A DNA stretch of 64,000 nucleotides. It comes from Phoronis australis (taxonomy: Eukaryota; Animalia; Phoronida). Below, piece by piece: positions 1-12,600 of this stretch; within the stretch, counting starts at the first letter, position 1; every line of letters begins with the position of its first letter. The notes beneath the pieces were generated by a model. That model had not been told where the DNA came from, did no database searches, and saw nothing but the letters and a program-made list of their open reading frames with translations. The stretch is taken from the NCBI GenBank assembly GCA_002633005.1, contig NMRA01000633.1, positions 37,398 to 101,397 of the forward strand, written 5' to 3'. A program made the translations under genes and the position numbers.

Positions 1-120
1 TTTTGTGGTGGGGCGGTCATGTTTTTGGGTGCGTCAGTCCCATTTTCTGGTGCGGCGGTCCCATTTGATCCCCGGAGGTCCTGTTTAGAGGACCGGCGGT
101 CATGTTGTTTCTCACCCGTG

Positions 121-262
121 AGTTTGCTAGATCAGAATGTATAGACCCTTTCCTCGTACAGTTAAGTTTGCTAGATCAGAATGTATAGACCCTTTCCCCA
201 TACAGTTAAGTTTGCTAGATCAGAATGTATAGACCCTTTCCCCGTACAGTTAAGTTTGCTAC
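121..262. repeat. 44-bp tandem repeat x3
   Basis: agtttgctagatcagaatgtatagaccctttccccgtacagtta. Confidence 0.9.
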
Positions 263-1889
263 AATGGAAGCTTCAATGTTAACTGTAGTTTTCCCTGAAG
301 GTGACCTTGAGTGTTCACATCAACTTTGGAGTTATAGTTCAGCCAAGTTATCGCATGGCCACGCCAATAAGACCTTGGCTTGTTGAGCGATATATAATTA
401 ATTTATCTCATTGGGCTTGTATACATTCGTACACCTTACTAGTTTTGTCCTTGCCATCAAAAATGGTATGCCTCTCCTCTTCTCACAGACACGAGGACGT
501 CAACTTCAGAAGGCAACCAACAATTGCAATCTTGAGATGATAGAGATTGATGACATTTAACAGAAAATTGAAGTCTTGTGGTTTGCAGCAGATCCATGTA
601 AAGCCGGTATGATGTTTGGCGGGAACTTGTTTTGCATACACAAAATGTTCAGAAAACACAGTGAATCTTCAAAATCTGACGCTTTTCGCTTAATTATTGG
701 ATGAAAACTTGTTTTTGGTTAATTGATGACCTATACACAAGCCTTCTTGCAGCGTACGTCAACAGGGCGGAGTTCGACATGGACAATAGAAATCGCGTCG
801 TGAACATGAGATCAAAACATTGAAACCTCAAATTAAGGATGAAATTAATGAATGCGGATGAGGATTTATCTTTACCACGACTTGCTATGTTAGTAAAGAC
901 TAAATCACCGTCACGGCATGTGGGTGCGGCGCCATATTATTGAGTACATGAGGTGAAGACAAAATTATTTTTGAAGGAGTCAGTGTGCATCTGCACATGT
1001 ACGACGGTTCCCTGAACTGCCGCACACCTCTGTGACTTTGCATTCACGAACACAGCAAGTTGTGAATTTGATGTAAATTGACGTTTTGCACTTTTGATTT
1101 CATGCTCAGGACTTGCTTTACGACTGAAGACTCGATTTCTGTTGTCCGTTTTGTACTTTGTTTCAGATCAGTCTCTTTGTGCGTGGTGTGTATAGCCATG
1201 AACTGTTGACTTACTTTTAAGTTTGTCAACAGTTGACCTTGCCTGTCTGACTGGAGACAACCACAAAATTAACGTTTTAACGATAATTTAGTTAATTACG
1301 CACTGCAAATTCAGTTGACAGTGAAAGTTGAAATAGCTAACATGGTTAAGGCATGTATAGGTTATATTTACCGAAAACAAGTTTTGACTGAGTATTTTAC
1401 TGAGGACTTTGAGACTTTCACCACTCACTACTTCATCGTCTTTTTCTCGGCTTCCTTAAGTTGAACTTAGGAATATGAGTTCTCAAAAATGGCTTGGTGG
1501 TCATCATTTCGATAAAACTTAAAAGAAGGTCACAGTTAAGTCTGTACTCATCATGTGCCGGAAGACTGCTGCAAAACCTAGTTAGAAATGGATAACAAAA
1601 ATTGAGTCAGTGGTTAAAGCATATCGTTAGCATGAGATCGAAACCGCGAAATGTTAATTTACTTAAGATTAAGGAATTTGGGTGAGGATTTATCTCTTTA
1701 ACTTGCTGTGTTCATGACCAGTCCACAGAGACATGAGGCGACTCGTAGCATTCGTTCTCAATGCTCGTATGCATGTAGAGGCAAAGCTCCCTCAGGATGA
1801 AAACTACTTTGTTTTCCCTGGCACTGTTCTATCATAAGTACACTTTGTTGACTCATTATTATGGGAACTTAGTGAGGACTGAGGGTACA

Positions 1890-2076
1890 TACGAAGCTGG
1901 CTCAACCTGGCGGGAGATTTGATTGGAGTGACAGCCCTGTAACCTTTGACCTCGGAGATAAGTAGTAAACAAATATTCCTGAGGTTGTGCAGTTCTTAGG
2001 TGGTTCTGCTAAATCTTTTTTTCTCACTACACGGTATATATTTTGTAGTTGAAGTTCCCCCGAGAATGAGGATAAG
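1890..2076 (+). promoter_or_regulatory. Putative NEK10 promoter / non-coding first exon
   Basis: Reverse CCAAT (ATTGG 1922-1926), forkhead-type GTAAACAAA (1965-1973), donor-like AAG|gtattt at 2076; T-rich intron-like sequence follows. Confidence 0.4.
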
Positions 2077-2168
2077 GTATTTTGCTAAACACATGCAAAA
2101 TATTGTAAAAATGGTCAATTTTTGTGAATAAGGTTTGAGATAACCTTAAGTTGAACGTCAATTTATTA

Positions 2169-2257
2169 TACCGTAAACGTTCGGTTAACCGCCCACCCTG
2201 GATTTTTTGGGTTTTCCAATTTAACCGCCTAGGGCGTTAACCCGAACATTTACGGTA
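2169..2257. mobile_element. 89-bp MITE with TACCGTA termini (Tc1/pogo-like)
   Basis: taccgtaaacgttcggttaac ... gttaacccgaacatttacggta. Confidence 0.6.
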
Positions 2258-3644
2258 ATTGAAAAGTAACTGAGCCTGTGTGTGAAAAGTATCAAAACCT
2301 GCAAATGCCTTGAATTTGTTGAACAGTATAAGAACATATTGTTGAAGTTTTGAATGTGTTGAAATTAGTTTTTGAACTTTCAACTGAAATTAGGTTAATA
2401 AAGCCAAAGTGAGGTCGCTATTCCCACACTTGACTTAGTTATAGAAAATATTGAAACCTTCTTTGGTTAGAGTCAGCAACTTTGAACTACATTCTTGATT
2501 TTTGCTAAAGTTTCAGTGTTACAAGGTGTCTAAGTGAATGCAGGTTTATTTGTTTAGGAAGGAATATGTATAAAAGTTCTGACCTCCCTGTTTATAAAAA
2601 ACTTTCATCCATGACCAAGATCAATAGTTGTACCTTCCTGTAATTAAGAGATCTGAAGTTTGGCTTGATTAAGGGTCGTGAACCTGGCTTTGATTTGTTT
2701 GCGCCATCATGAGATATCATGACTTAGGAAGTGTTGTTATCGTCAGGTGGTTCACAAGTATTGATTTTTGCAAAGCTTAATTAATTTTATTTATGACCGG
2801 AAAGTTTACAGAATCTTGTGTGAGCCAAAACTATTTGTGCTTGTACACAACTTTGACACAATATAAGGAATGAGTGAAGTTTTGTTTGCCATGAAAGTTA
2901 AGTTGCTCTAAATTGATGCTTTCCATTTTTGAGTTTTGTGCATGTGCAAAAAACTGAACATCCATGACAATCTTATAAGTCATTTAAACTGTGCATTCCT
3001 GACATACATGGTTGTGCCAAGCCAGACCTAACTAGGACATGTTACTTTAAAAAGTAATTCCATAGTTATTGACCATAGCTTTTAAAATTTGTATTTCTTG
3101 TGGTTAAAGTAATTTTCATTGGGGATAAAATGTTATGAAGTTCTGCCTAAGGCTATTAACCAATGTCTAAACAGTTATTCCAGTAGTTCATGGACTTTGC
3201 AGTTCAGCTAAGTCAGATTTTGTCTCAGCCAGACAAAATCTCTCAGTCCTGTTGGATCCAACTTATGCGAGTTTTGCCACATGTTCGGTATACTGTACTA
3301 TGCCTCCCTCACCATACCTCCATGTCTCATCCTTCCTCTCCCTCCCTACCGCCCGCCCTCCTCTAATTTTATTTTGGATCTCCACAATATCTTAATCTTT
3401 GTCTAATAGTAGCTATGGTATAGTGATTAAAAGAATTTAGTCGGCATAACTTGTTTTTATTAAAAACAAAAAATTTAAATTTCACGTGCCTGTTGTATTA
3501 TGTCCTAAATTGGTTAGATACTACTGTGTGATGATCTAGTGGTATTTTGTTACAGAGACCCTCACCATGTAGTGGCTGCCGCAGGATGTAACTCTACAAT
3601 GTAGCCATCCTAGTGCAACCCAGCAAGCTCATATTCCGTCCAAA

Positions 3645-3685
3645 ATGCCTCCTGAGAAGAAGAGCCGTCCCCAGAGTGCAGAACA
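3645..3685 (+). CDS. NEK10: NEK10 coding exon 1 (MPPEKKSRPQSAE); the exon starts at 3556 with 5' UTR
   Basis: ttacag acceptor at 3555, aaaATG at 3645, CA|gtaagt donor; phase 2 fits exon 2. Confidence 0.8.
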
Positions 3686-6600
3686 GTAAGTTGCCATAGC
3701 AACATGAAGTACCATATGCCATTTAGATGACCATTTGCATAGCTTCTGGTAATTTCAAGATAAGTAGCAAGCATGAAAGGCAGCCCAACATGTTCTTTTT
3801 GCACATCCAATTTTTGTGCACCCTCATATTTATATGTGGGTGCATATTGCCGTCATCATTGTCTGGGAATCCGGCATTCGCAGCTGTTTCTCTAAAACCC
3901 TCACAGGATCTTGGTGAGATTTGGCAGATGTGTTCCCATGAAGGTGACGACAATTGATGACAATTTCGGAGAGGGATCTGACTACCGGTGTGCCCCCTAG
4001 TGGCAATTTTAGTTTTTTTATTTTTATCTCTATCTTCAAAGGTCCTCAATGTATTTTCTTGAAATTTGGCACATATGCATTTATTATAATACGATGAATG
4101 TTTTCAGTCATCTAGTTGGGTCATAGTATAAGAATCAATATATCTATTACTGGACTTACGGTACGTGGAGATGGCTACATTGCGTCCTCCTCTCGAGGAC
4201 TTCATCAGGCCACTGAGTTGGCATGTGATCTGTTGTACAGTTTCCGCGGTATTCTCTTCAGCGCCCTATCCCATGTCCTATGTAAGTGAAACCGCAGCCC
4301 CCCTGTCTATTGAGGCTAGGATTCTCAATTCTCTCGTAGCCCTGAAAAGTCATTTCAACCAGCATTTGAGGTCCAGTTATGGGGACTGCTATGATTCTGC
4401 AGTTTTTCTCACATGGCTTCCACAGACCACTCTTTCCCCATGGAAGATGTGAAGATCCTGGATAGAGAAGAAAATTGGTTTCGGAGAGGGGTCAAAGAAA
4501 CTATCTAGGAGAGAATTGAGAATCCTAGCCTCAATAGACAGGGGGGGCTGCGGTTTCACTTACCTAGGACATGGGATAGGGCGCTGAAGAGAATCCCGCG
4601 GAAACTGTACGACAGATTACATGACAAGTCACGTGACAACTCAGTGGCCTGATGAAGTCCTCGAGAGGAGGACACAACGTAGCCATCTCCACATACCGTA
4701 AGTCCAGTAATAGATTTATTGATTCGTATACTATGCATTTATTATTGAGATGACGCTAACCTCCGGTTTTTGGATGGATTCAAGGTATTTTGTGCAACCT
4801 AGTGGCCATTTTAACTGTTTTTAGTCTGTTTTTTGGTACCTGCCCCTATAGCAACCAAACCACTCTAAGGATGATTGCGAAAATTGACATATGTGTTCTT
4901 AGTGTGAAGAGGACGGTTGATGGAAGATTTTCTGACTACTTTAACGACTGTGGCGCATCCTAGTGGCAGTTTTTTAGGCCGTAGCTGTATCTCCCAAATC
5001 CACTGCAGGATCTTTATTAAATCTAACAAGTGTATTTATATGAAGTTGACAACAGACAACGATGACATATCCATATTTTTTTTCGTTTTCCTAGTTTGTT
5101 TCTTTATAGTTCCTGGATGGATTTTTTTATGGACTTTGGTAAATAGGTTTCTATTAAAGGAACGATGACATGCTCCCGTTTTCGCAAGGATTTGGTGTAT
5201 TTTGCGCCACCTAGTAGCCATTTTTACTGTTTTCAATCTTGTTTTTTGCCATGTGCCCCTTTATTTGCTTAACCACTGCAAGGATGATTATGAACATTGA
5301 CAAATGTGCTCCTACTGAGAACAGGATGGCTTACTATGAAAACTCCCACTTTAGTGGTTCCTCCTAGTGGAAGTTTTTGTGTTCGTGGCTGTATCTTCTA
5401 GACTATCTGTAGGACCTTTGTTAATTTTTTTCTGTATTCTTCGGTATCTTTGGAGTTAATCTTTCCGTTTTCAGATAGACTTGACATAGTGCACGCCACT
5501 TAGTGTCTGTTTTTATTCTATTTGATACTGTTTTTAGCGAAACCACTCTTAGGATAATTATGAAATTTGTCATATTTGTTCTTGCTGGAAAGAAGACAGC
5601 CAACAGGGCTCGACATAACGAGTTGTAGGTTGCATATGCGACCTGAAATTTGGAAATGCGAGCTGAGATTTTTGCCAGCTCGTATCAAGTCGCAGTATGC
5701 GATCTGGAATTTCTAATACATGCGAGCTGAGTTTTTACACTTCTCGGCTGTATTATGCAGGCTGAAATTCAGAGGAACTGTTTTGACCAGTGTCTATGTA
5801 TGTATTTTGAGCTTTAAAGGTAATTGAATTTCCTAACTCTATTATTTTGTTGGTTTCAGGGATGCCAAAGACCTGCAGCGCCTACTGGACCTTCTCAGTA
5901 CTCCGGCCAGTAAACAGCAACTTCCGTCCATTGACCTTGCCGTGTCAAGTTCTCAACAGTTGCCACAGTGGCCCACACCACAACCAAAAGGAGGCCAGCA
6001 CCAACATCAATCAACTGAGGCACTTGCCCTTGAACAGTTCAGGTATTTGTCATCAGGGGGTTCTGCCCTTGGAAAAAGTTCAGGTATTGGTCACCAAGGG
6101 TTCTGCCCTTGGAACAGTTCAGGTATTGATCACCAAGGGTTTCTGCCCTTGAACAGTTCAGGTATTGGTCACCAGGGGGTTCTGTCCTTGCAACAGTTCG
6201 GGTATTGGTCACTAAGGGGTTCTGCCCTTGAACAGTTCAGGTATTGCTCACCAGCGGGTTCTGAACTTGAATAGTACCTTTGGAGATAAAACAAATTTAC
6301 ATGGCTGGGTTATGTGTTTGTAAGTATGATTTCTGTTTGAGAACAACTGTATTTGGGATAAGATTTGTGTTTAGAAGCATCACTGTAATGTTTGAAAGAA
6401 CTTTGCTAGAAAAAATGCATTCATAATGTGCACTTGTATAGACAATGTTTAATCTAAAAGTGCATTCAGAATGTGCACTTGTATAGACAATGTTTAATCT
6501 AAAAATGCATTCAGAATGTGCACTTGTATAGACAATGTTTATTCTAAAAATGCATTCAGAATATGCACTTGTATAGACAATGTTTAATCTAAAAATGCTT

Positions 6601-9600
6601 AATTATACTTATTCTGATAACCTGCATTACAGTTTGTATTTATGTATAATAAATATGTAATATAGATATAAACACTTTCAGTTTTCAGCAGCATTAAAAT
6701 AATAATTCAAAATGAGTCTTTTTATATGCGCAACACAGTTAAACGTTGAGTCACATGACATTCAAGGATCAGTTGTGTTGTCTTTTTATGCGCTCACATT
6801 CGATGTGTCTGGGCGTCCAGCGTATTTATTTGAAGCTAACAACAGACGATGACTTTCAGGCAGATCCAACAAATGCTGTGCTCCCCAAGTGGCAATTTCA
6901 TTTTATTATGTTTTCTTTTGTTTCTCTGAAGTTCCTTAACAGGTTTTTATGAAATTTGGTAAATAGTTTTCTATTACAGAAGTAACGACTTGTTCTCGTT
7001 TTTGGATGGATTGGACATTTTTGCGTCATCTAGTGGCCATTTTTATGATACAAATAACCCTAAAAGCACACCATTTGCGATGCATTCATGGGCGCATTTC
7101 ACCGCTCCACATTGCTCTTGTTGATGCTTTCTTAATGTTATGATGATGTCATTGTTCGATTTCAAAGTTCACCAGTGAGAGGACCTTTTCTTAATGTTAT
7201 GATGTCATTGTTCCAGTTCAAAGTTCGCCAGTGAGAGGACCTTTTCCAGTCATCACCATCACCAGTATTTCACTAAACTTCTCGCCGCTCTTGTTCAACA
7301 AAGACTGTGTAACTTGTAAGTGAGCTGGTCTTCACTACACACTAGCATTGATGTGCTTGGGTTTTTCTATCTTACATGAAGCTGATCGACATACTGTACG
7401 TGCATTTCAGTGTTTTGTAAAGCTCTTGTTAGCAAAATTTTGTTCCCATTGGTTGAAGAATTAAGTGAGATTTTTGCCTCCAGTCAGTGGAGTTAGAGCA
7501 TCACCTTCTGCCCACCTACAGCTCAACCAGTGTCCCCAGGTTCATAGTCATTAAAACACTTCTACAAGTTGTCATTTGGCTAAAACACAGCTTTAGAGTT
7601 ACATATTTGCAGTTAGCAGAGTTAATAGTCCTTTTCAAAAAAGTTGCCTGTTGAGAATTGAAATGGCAAGCTTAAGCCAGATATTAATTACCATTTCTCA
7701 ACTTGTGTGTTTGTTTCCAGTGAGTGGTCAGAGAGGGCACCATCTGAGAACATTCTTCGAGTGCTAGTCTGCCTGCGTATCTTAATGCGCGACTCTACAT
7801 ACCAGAAACAGTTCTTTGATCTTCAGGGTGTGAAAGAGTTGTCAGAGAAGTTACAGAAAGCTACTGGCAGTTATTTGACTTATGGGGATGGTCCATTTGT
7901 TGTGGAAATCCTGAAGGAAATGACAAGTAAGGGTTGTTTGTGGTTAAAAAAATTTAATATAAATATTAACAGCAGTATCTGCCTGTGCTTTTCGTGAAGG
8001 AATTTGGTGGAAAATGTCATAATTATTAATATGTGAACTGGCAGTAATTTCCCATTTTTGTTACTCATTGGACACTCATAAATTCAGGTTCCTAATGTTG
8101 TACCAAGGAGTGTACTACACTCCTAATGTTGCACCAAGGAGTGTACTACACTCCTAATGTTGCACCAAGGAGTGTACTACACTCCTAATGTTGCACCAGG
8201 GAGTGTACTACACTCCTAATGTTGTACCAAGGAGTGCAGTACACTCCTAATGTTGTACCAAGGAGTGTACTACACTCCTAATGTTGTACCAAGGAGTGTA
8301 GTACACTCCTAATGTTGTACTTTGTCATTGTGTGAGGGATTACATGTTCATATCATTTACATTGCCTTACTACCATTTCTAGTTGAGATCTTTTCCTCAT
8401 TTCAGACATCTTCCAGAAGTTGTCTGCTGCCGTTGAACAAAGAGAGTGGCTGGTTGCTTGTGGTGCACACAAGGTGTTTATTGAATGACAAGCCTGCCTA
8501 CTGTATAACAATGAAAAGTGAAACCATGTTTTAAAATGGAAAAAAATCCTCTTTCATTTTGTTAGGCTCTTCAGGGCTGTTCCAGCAAAATCTGTATGGG
8601 AGGGGGGGAAGGCACTTTTATTTCGTACCCACCGCCCATATTTTTCATTTATTTCTCCAACCCATGACCCATAATTTTTTAATTATTTTTAATAGGTTAA
8701 AATATAAAATCCAACACTTGCAAACAAATTGCCTCCAGGAGGACCTGTTGAGAACTTAGATGATTGACAGACAAGAACTAGTTGTCTTGTCCAATATTGT
8801 CAAAAATTAAAGTAGCCTGTGAACAATACTTTTGGCAGCCACCAGGTGTCTCTGTTTACCATGTGTCTATAATTTCAATGAACNCAGCTTGGCCCAGAGG
8901 TAAGTCTGTCTGCCAGTGATGTCATAGTGCTACACTGTAGTATCCACGCTCTAACCAGCTTGGCCCAGAGGTAAGTCTGTCTGCCAGTGATGTCATAGTG
9001 CTACACTGTAGTATCCACGCTCTAACCAGCTTGGCCCAGAGGTAAGTCTGTCTGCCAGTGATGTCATAGTGCTACACTGTAGTATCCACGCTCTAACCAG
9101 CTTGGCCCAGAGGTAAGTCTGTCTGCCAGTGATGTCATAGTGCTACACTGTAGTATCCACGCTCTAACCAGCTTGGCCCAGAGGTAAGTCTGTCTGCCAG
9201 TGATGTCATAGTGCTACACTGTAGTATCCACGCTCTAACCAGCTTGGCCCAGAGGTAAGTCTGTGGCACACTTACACTACTTCTCCTGTGCTCAGCCAAA
9301 GTAGTCTTAGTTGACAAAAGTTAACAGACTGACTGGGTGTGTTTAGAAATCTGTTTTATCATTGTATGTAATAGGTCTGTCCTGCATTTTGAGTTGCAAT
9401 AGTTACTCCGAGGATTTGACGAAAGGCAAACACCAGGACTATGGTGTGCATCCTTTCTCAATAATCTGTGGCTGACATATTGACAAGACTTTCAGTCATG
9501 CAATGTACTTCTGTACATCTGGGAGAGGTCAATCTAGGGTGGGTATATTAGAATAACCCAATTCATTACCAGCTCATCCAGGGTGGGTATATTAGAATAA

Positions 9601-12600
9601 CTTCGTTCATTACCAGCTCATGTTTTCTGACATTTCAATCTATATCAAGATGTGTTGTTTTCTTGAGCAGTTTGTTGGAAGCACTCTGCATGTGATATTG
9701 TAAAAGCCATAATAAATACCGTGGGTTGGTAACAGAAGGCCTTTGTAAAGCAATGGCCTACTGCTTGTTACTGGAATCAGTGACTTAGTTTCTTCCATCT
9801 CACCAAAGCAGTACTGACTTGTAAGACAACACCTAAACAGTGAAGGTGTTGCGCCAACAATGTTTTCCATCATCGTCTTTGTCTCATTGTGGAAACATCA
9901 TTGGATTTTCCATTGCAAGTTTTACTCTCCTGAGACAAATTTGATAAAACAACACAAGGAGTGAACTTAGGAACATTGGGGACTTTGCCGTTTGTTAAGA
10001 ATATGATGACACCACTGATGTTTGGCGCCAGTTCAGTGCGTACTGATTTCATGCACACTGTGGACATGAATTTTCCATTCTCGATGGTATTGACTTTGAA
10101 TTTTTATTCTTTTGCCAATAGGTGGAAGCAGGAGACAGTTGCTGAAAATGAGTAGTGGCTCTTGCTGCACGTAAATTTCCCTTTATTTATCGCACAGGTC
10201 TCAACTGTTGTCTCGGCTTTTTTCTTTTCAGTCCACAGCCAAGGCGTATGATTGGTGAACTCAACACTGTTGAGCTACTGCTGCGGATATTGCAGGAGTA
10301 TGACAGTGTATCACAGAAGTGAGTGGAGTTAGCATGAGCTTATAGAGAATTACTTACCACAGTCACATACATGGAGCTAATGGGTTGGGATTGTAGAGAA
10401 TTACTTCCTACAGTCACATACTGAGCTAATGGGTTGAGGTTGTAAAGGATTGCTTACCATAGTCAAAGACACTGAGCTAATAGGATACATGGTTACGTAT
10501 TCATGACCTTTGTTTTTATTTAATTTATATGTTCATGAGTTTACTGTACCGTGTGTTATAGAATAGCTTTCAATCCTTTGGTAAGTTCTTCAGGTGTGTT
10601 TTTGTGATTCAGCTCAAGTGAAAAGAAGACAGACAAAACGATCTATTATTCTGCATCATGACGGCTGAGCGCAATTAGAATTCCCCACTATGGTGTTTGA
10701 GTGTCAGCAGAATTGACCACTATGGTGTTTGAGTGTCAGCAGAATTGACCACTATGGTGTTTGAGTGTCAGCAGAATTGACCACTATGGTGTTTGAGTGT
10801 CAGCAGAATTGACCGTCATAGTAGCTGTTTGTCATGACGGATAGTTTAAACCAAAAAGAAAAGATAACTGCTATTCCTGCAGTTGGATGTTATCAATCGT
10901 AAACAAACGGTTTCATGTTTTTATAAGATGCACCGCGCAACAAATGCAAACAATTCTTACATGATAACTAGGTGACCCACTGCCAGACTATTACAGTTGT
11001 TACACTGCTACAGTTGTTACACTGTTACAGTTGTTACACTGCTACAGTTGTTACACTGTTACAGTTGTTACACTGTTACAGTTGTTACACTACTACAGTT
11101 GTTACACTGCTACAGTTGTTACACTGTTACAGTTGTTACACTGTCACAGTTGTTACAGTGTCGCAGTTGTTACACTGTCGCAGTTGTTACACTGTCGCAG
11201 TTGTTACACTGTTACAGTTGTCACACTGTTACAGTTGTCACACTGTTACAGTTGTCACACTGTTACAGTTGTTACACTGCTGCAGTTGTCACACTGTTAC
11301 AGTTGTCACACTGTTACAGTTGTCACACTGTTACAGTTGTTACACTGTTACAGTTGTCACACTGTTACAGTTGTTACACTGCTGCAGTTGTCACACTGTT
11401 ACAGTTGTCACACTGTTACAGTTGTTACACTGTTACAGTTGTTACACTGTTACAGTTGTTACACTGCTGCAGTTGTCACACTGTTACAGTTGTCACACTG
11501 TTACAGTTGTTANNNNNNNNNNNNNNNNNNNNNNNNNNNNNNNNNNNNNNNNNNNNNNNNNNNNNNNNNNNNNNNNNNNNNNNNNNNNNNNNNNNNNNNN
11601 NNNNNNNNNNNNNNNNNNNNNNNNNNNNNNNNNNNNNNNNNNNNNNNNNNNNNNNNNNNNNNNNNNNNNNNNNNNNNNNNNNNNNNNNNNNNNNNNNNNN
11701 NNNNNNNNNNNNNNNNNNNNNNNNNNNNNNNNNNNNNNNNNNNNNNNNNNNNNNNNNNNNNNNNNNNNNNNNNNNNNNNNNNNNNNNNNNNNNNNNNNNN
11801 NNNNNNNNNNNNCTAGACCCAGGCATTATCGCTAATATTACGTAAGTAGGTCAATTAATGGCGGACAGGGCGCGGTTATTCCTTCTTCCTCAGGTGCTCT
11901 ACACACATACTAAATATTCACTTCTGAAGTGAGTAGCACACAATTTGTCAGCCTCCACGAGGTCACTGTGTTTATCTCTCTCAACCAAACCACAAATTTG
12001 ATGAAAATACTTCACTTGTACAGTCAAAAGAATCAATTTTCGAGACACAATTCTCACCTTGATGCTTATTATGCGACACCTACCGGCTACAATACATATA
12101 CTAATGTGATTGTAGAGTTTTCACACATGTATGGTATCACTTCGTAAGACCTCAAACACTATGAGAATGCTAGCATCTGGGAAAATTTTGACATTTGCTA
12201 AAATAAGCCGATCATATTTGCTTTTTTGGTTGCTTTGAATTCTTTTGATATTTGGTGTCAATTGTTATGTGAAGTTATTTGTCGGTGATTTTGAGCACAT
12301 GAGGAATTGCGTTAGTTCTCAATATTTCATTACTTGAATTCGATGTGGCGTGTCGATGCCTATACATTGCTATCCTTGTTTGAAATGCGTAATCCATCAT
12401 GTTCCGATACTCTAGCCTATTTAAGCAGTGTGATTAATTTTTTAGGGTGGTTGTGCTTGCAAAATGCACAGTTGTATTAAACTGTTGATGAGGATAGTCT
12501 TCCTCTTGTTGACCAAACATTGTTCATCTGCATGCTTTGCAAATTGAATACGGATTTTATTCCTACTTAATATGGTTTTGTTATGACCACGTTGTACACA

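Larger units (their letters stand above)
3812..5600 (+). mobile_element. Helentron-associated non-autonomous element (HINE/DINE-1-like), 3'-truncated, interrupted by a Penelope-like insertion
   Basis: 5' palindromic end tgcaccctcatatttatatgtgggtgca and internal repeats shared with the copy at 35448. Confidence 0.75.

Noticed and set aside
301-1800. Short ORFs and a diverged ~90-bp repeat pair (~805 and ~1630) upstream of NEK10
   Set aside because: No recognisable protein, termini or splice pattern; probably old repeat debris.
10991-11512. 17-bp satellite as another splice-site-derived array
   Set aside because: It lies mid-intron; similarity to the exon 9 end (ttgttaca|gt) is too short to support that origin.
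10972-11845. Long Cys/His/Thr-rich ORFs in three frames
   Set aside because: Translation of a stop-free 17-bp satellite plus an N-gap; the same applies to ORFs at 30369-31379 and 49893-50721.
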